In this document: piece after piece, positions 60,651-64,000 of the stretch
Layout: every line of letters starts with the position of its first letter
Position numbering within the stretch: the stretch's first letter is position 1
DNA from: Raillietiella orientalis
Taxonomy: Eukaryota
Reading direction: 5' to 3'
Length of the DNA: 64,000 nucleotides
Assembly: GCA_036172245.1 (NCBI GenBank)
Contig: JAYWIR010000010.1
Span: forward strand, 806,001-870,000
The notes under the pieces: model-generated
Seen by the model: only the letters and a program-made list of their open reading frames with translations
Database searches by the model: none
What the model was told of the DNA's origin: nothing
Made by a program: the position numbers and the translations under genes

Positions 60651-63600
60651 TTCGCCTCCTCGGGGGACTCCTCCCGGTTTTAAACGCCCGTCGCGGACCA
60701 GCCCTTTGCCCACAACGGAAAAGCTGGCCAAATCGGGGAAAGAATGGGCAGCTGTGGAAAATTCTCCTCCTGCGCATTCCTGTTTTTCGTATTCCTGCAG
60801 CTTTGAAAACAGCTTACCCTCCCTGTGGGTGGATCGACCACCAAACTTCTGGTGATCCGGAAACTGGGAGCAACCGGAATGTTACGACTGCGAGGGTTGT
60901 TCCGTCCTTCTTCTCCCAGAAGACATTTTAAAAATTCCCAGCAGCTGCACTCCATCTGGCCGGCGGATGCAGCAGCGGTACCGAGCGGGACAGCAACCTT
61001 TTCAGCGTGGACGTCCTCCACGCTGCCGACTCCGGAAAGTGGAACACGCCAGTGATGCGCCTTCCCGCCATTTTGTGCATCCCTCGGCGGCAGCATCCCC
61101 GGACGATCGCATTCCACGGGGGGTGCGCCCCGTTGCCTTCCTGCGAGCCCATTAAGCAAAACTCCGAAAATTCGCTGCTTCACCTCCTTACGTTTTCTGC
61201 AGGAACGCAAACGGAAAGAGTGCCCAATTCCAGACGTTTTGCAAACAGATCGCGAATAGAAGCACGCCCTTGCCAGCACGGCATTTTTAATCCATTAAGC
61301 GGCTGCAGCTCCCTGTGGACCCTTATCTAATGATCCCGCGTATCGGGTTGCTAGCCAGAGTCCATTGTTTCCTCACCCTGAAACCCAAGTTAAATACTCA
61401 CTCCGTAGATATCGATGTTTAAGTAAACAAGTCCCTTTCCTGCCTGTGTTCTAAATAACGATCTCGTGTCCGGGATTCAGATTTCCTCTTAAGAGATTTA
61501 TGAAAGATGTCACTGGACTTTCAGGGAGAGAGTTCCGACCTTATTTGCTCAGTAGCATGGTCGTCGGTTTTGGCTTTCCGGCCACGCAGCACCCGTTTTC
61601 GCGGAGTGGGGATTCTCGGTTCGAGTGCGCCAGTTTGCCAATCCCACTCTAGCGACTCCGCTCAGCGCAGCACGCAGCCTCCCCCGTCCCCTGGGGACCA
61701 CCCCTCCCTTCCCAAAGAACCTTCCGCTGTTCGGCTGCTGGTCGAGCGCCGCCGCACGTGGTCCTCGCTCATCCTCTCCTGCCTTCGAGAGATGGATCAG
61801 CAAACAAAATGTCCCCCACGCCACATCCTGCTACAGATTCGACCTTGCAAGGCGACCGATGATGCACTGCGACCCGCTCTGCTGGCAGGCGAGCACGTGG
61901 CTCCCGTGTTGCCTGTGCGCTCGCACGCTCACCCAAGAGCAGCTCACGCACGGGCTCACGGCCGTCGGACCCCCCGCACCTTTTGCTTCCGGGCTAGTCC
62001 GTGGCTAACGCGCATCCCAGTGGTCGGTACTGCTTTCAGGCATTCGCGGTCGCGCTGCTTGCGATGGTGCTCTGACACGGTGGTACTGACACGAGGCGAA
62101 CCATGACGATTTGCGGAACTCAAGTTAGATTTTGGAGATGGCGCGAAGCTTCTCGGTTCTTGCACTCATGTCGTGGCTCAGTGCTCACTCTTACCCGAGG
62201 TGTGGTTTCCATGAGCGACGATCAAATCCCTGTGGTCATCTTTTCGAACTTTCACCCGTCCGAGAATTGCATCCACATCCGAATGGTTTTTGTTGCTAAA
62301 TCCCGTTGCCTTTTGAAACACTCCGTGCACGGAGTGTTTCAAAAAGCATATGCATCCCGTAGCTGTTCATCTAGGATGCTGGAAACAGCGTACACGACAG
62401 GAGAACTTGGCCATAGTTTTTCGAGTGCTGACTTCGAGAGTTCTGCATTCAGGTGTCGAATATTGGAAGCCCCTGCTGAGTGTTTCAGGGGAGCCCTTTT
62501 CCGTTTCCCCTGACGGAGGAAGCCGTTTAGAAAGAAAACAGAGATTCGCTAGCGCATCGCCGAGCAAGCATCCATGCCTGCTTTCATACTGCTGCCTCAG
62601 TGGACCATAAACTCCGCGGCAGAAAGGATGAAGAGCATGTCGGGAGAACTCCGCAGCTTCCTCATGAAGAAAAGGGATTGAGTTCGAAGCAGCGCTCGTC
62701 GTCCCTGAATCCGTTTCTTTGAGGGACAGACATTCCCAGACTAGTTTGCCCCACGCTACCTTCAGTCGGTATCCTCGGAGACGGAGGAAGGCTCCAACGA
62801 ATTCCGTATCTGGACACGTGCGTTTCAGGAAAAGACCCCCTCCCCCAAGCGGGGCTTTCGAGGTCCAGTGAGCCGCGGTCATCGGCAAACATCTTATTCC
62901 GAAAAGCGGCTCTAAACCAACAAATCCAAAGGAGGACGCCATGGTGCTTTTTAACTGACGTCACACACCGTAAAAGCTGAGGAAATGCAAGAAATTTTAG
63001 CGCGGTCCATTGTAAACAGCGCAGTCTTTTTCGGGAGGTGCTTCCGCACGAATCGTAACACTTTATACCATCATCTTTGCAATTCAGAACGACAGCTGGC
63101 GCTTCTGGATGCCTGCCGAATGATAACTTATAAGCAGCGCAAGAGTCTGAGATTCATGCTGATTACATGCATCTCTCTGTCATTCTGGTGAAAAATCTTT
63201 CAGGAAGTCACTGGATGCCATCATCTGCCAAGCTGATACGCAGTGATGCCCACGCGAAACTCCCGGTAGCACGATTTCCGTCGCCCTGGACGACCGAGTT
63301 CCACTTTCATCCAAGAGGCGGATGCCATTCCGAAACGCGCTTTTGGCGAGGGGTCGCACCATTTCACCGGAGGGAGGCGTCTTGGCAACGCCCGCCTGCC
63401 ACACACTTGCCAGCAGAAACCACACTTACGAAAATAATAAGCAAGGCATGACTACCTACTGAGAGCCACGGCAGACGAGGGCAGGCGTCGTTCTGCCGAT
63501 TCCGCTTGCGCAATTCCTACGATGCGTGCACCCGGGGTGAGCACTTTCGACGCGTCGGTGCAGATTGCTGCGGTGGACCAGCCCGCCTAGTTCCCGCGTC

Positions 63601-64000
63601 TGCACGAACACTCAGTCGGATGCAAAAAGAAAAGAAAACACACAACAGGAAAAAAAAAAAGGAAAAGAAAGAAAACTCAGATGGTCGTCCATTAGCCGAA
63701 GCAATCAGCGTTCCTGTTCTTGGACGGTGCAATTCCCGATCGCACTCCACGGAGAGCAAATGATGTTTGCTCTCTCCGGAATCGAAGCCGGAATTAAATA
63801 CGGAAAAGGAAAGCACGCCATTGGGTATGCATCCAGGATGCAAGCAAGCTGCTTTTGTCCCCCCCCCCCTTTTTTTTTTTTTTCGTTGTGGTTATTGGGG
63901 GTACCGCCGCAGATCCCGTTAAACACGGAGCCGAGTTCGCAACCGCCAGCTCGGATGAAAGGAGTGCCATTCGAAAAGGGCGCGGACCTTGCGCGCGCGC

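Overview
Animal genomic DNA (inferred from an NK-class homeobox, GT-AG splice signals and microsatellites); most ORFs in the track are GC-driven noise. The one clearly intact gene is an NK3/bagpipe homeobox gene on the minus strand (homeodomain 30064-29885, stop 29585, AATAAA 29411-29406). About 11.4 kb upstream on the same strand is an exon carrying an eh1/TN motif (41751-41532, METPGFRFRIDDILS) whose donor is phase-compatible with the bagpipe homeobox exon. Between them, where tinman/NK4 sits in the NK cluster, is an ORF with what looks like a decayed NK4 homeodomain start (RRKPKVLLPERQLLPLE). Together these suggest tinman decay and possibly capture of its first exon by bagpipe; this is inference. 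The rest is gene-poor and GC/CpG-rich, with many decayed transposon fragments (several L1/Tx1-like copies plus BEL/Pao-, hAT-, RTE- and pogo-like remnants), a probable decayed class-A GPCR pseudogene (~48.2-49.0 kb), a recent ~780-bp duplication at 7.4-kb offset, and a sharp AT-rich to GC-rich transition near 3.6-6 kb. All family assignments are by-eye motif recognition, not database searches.
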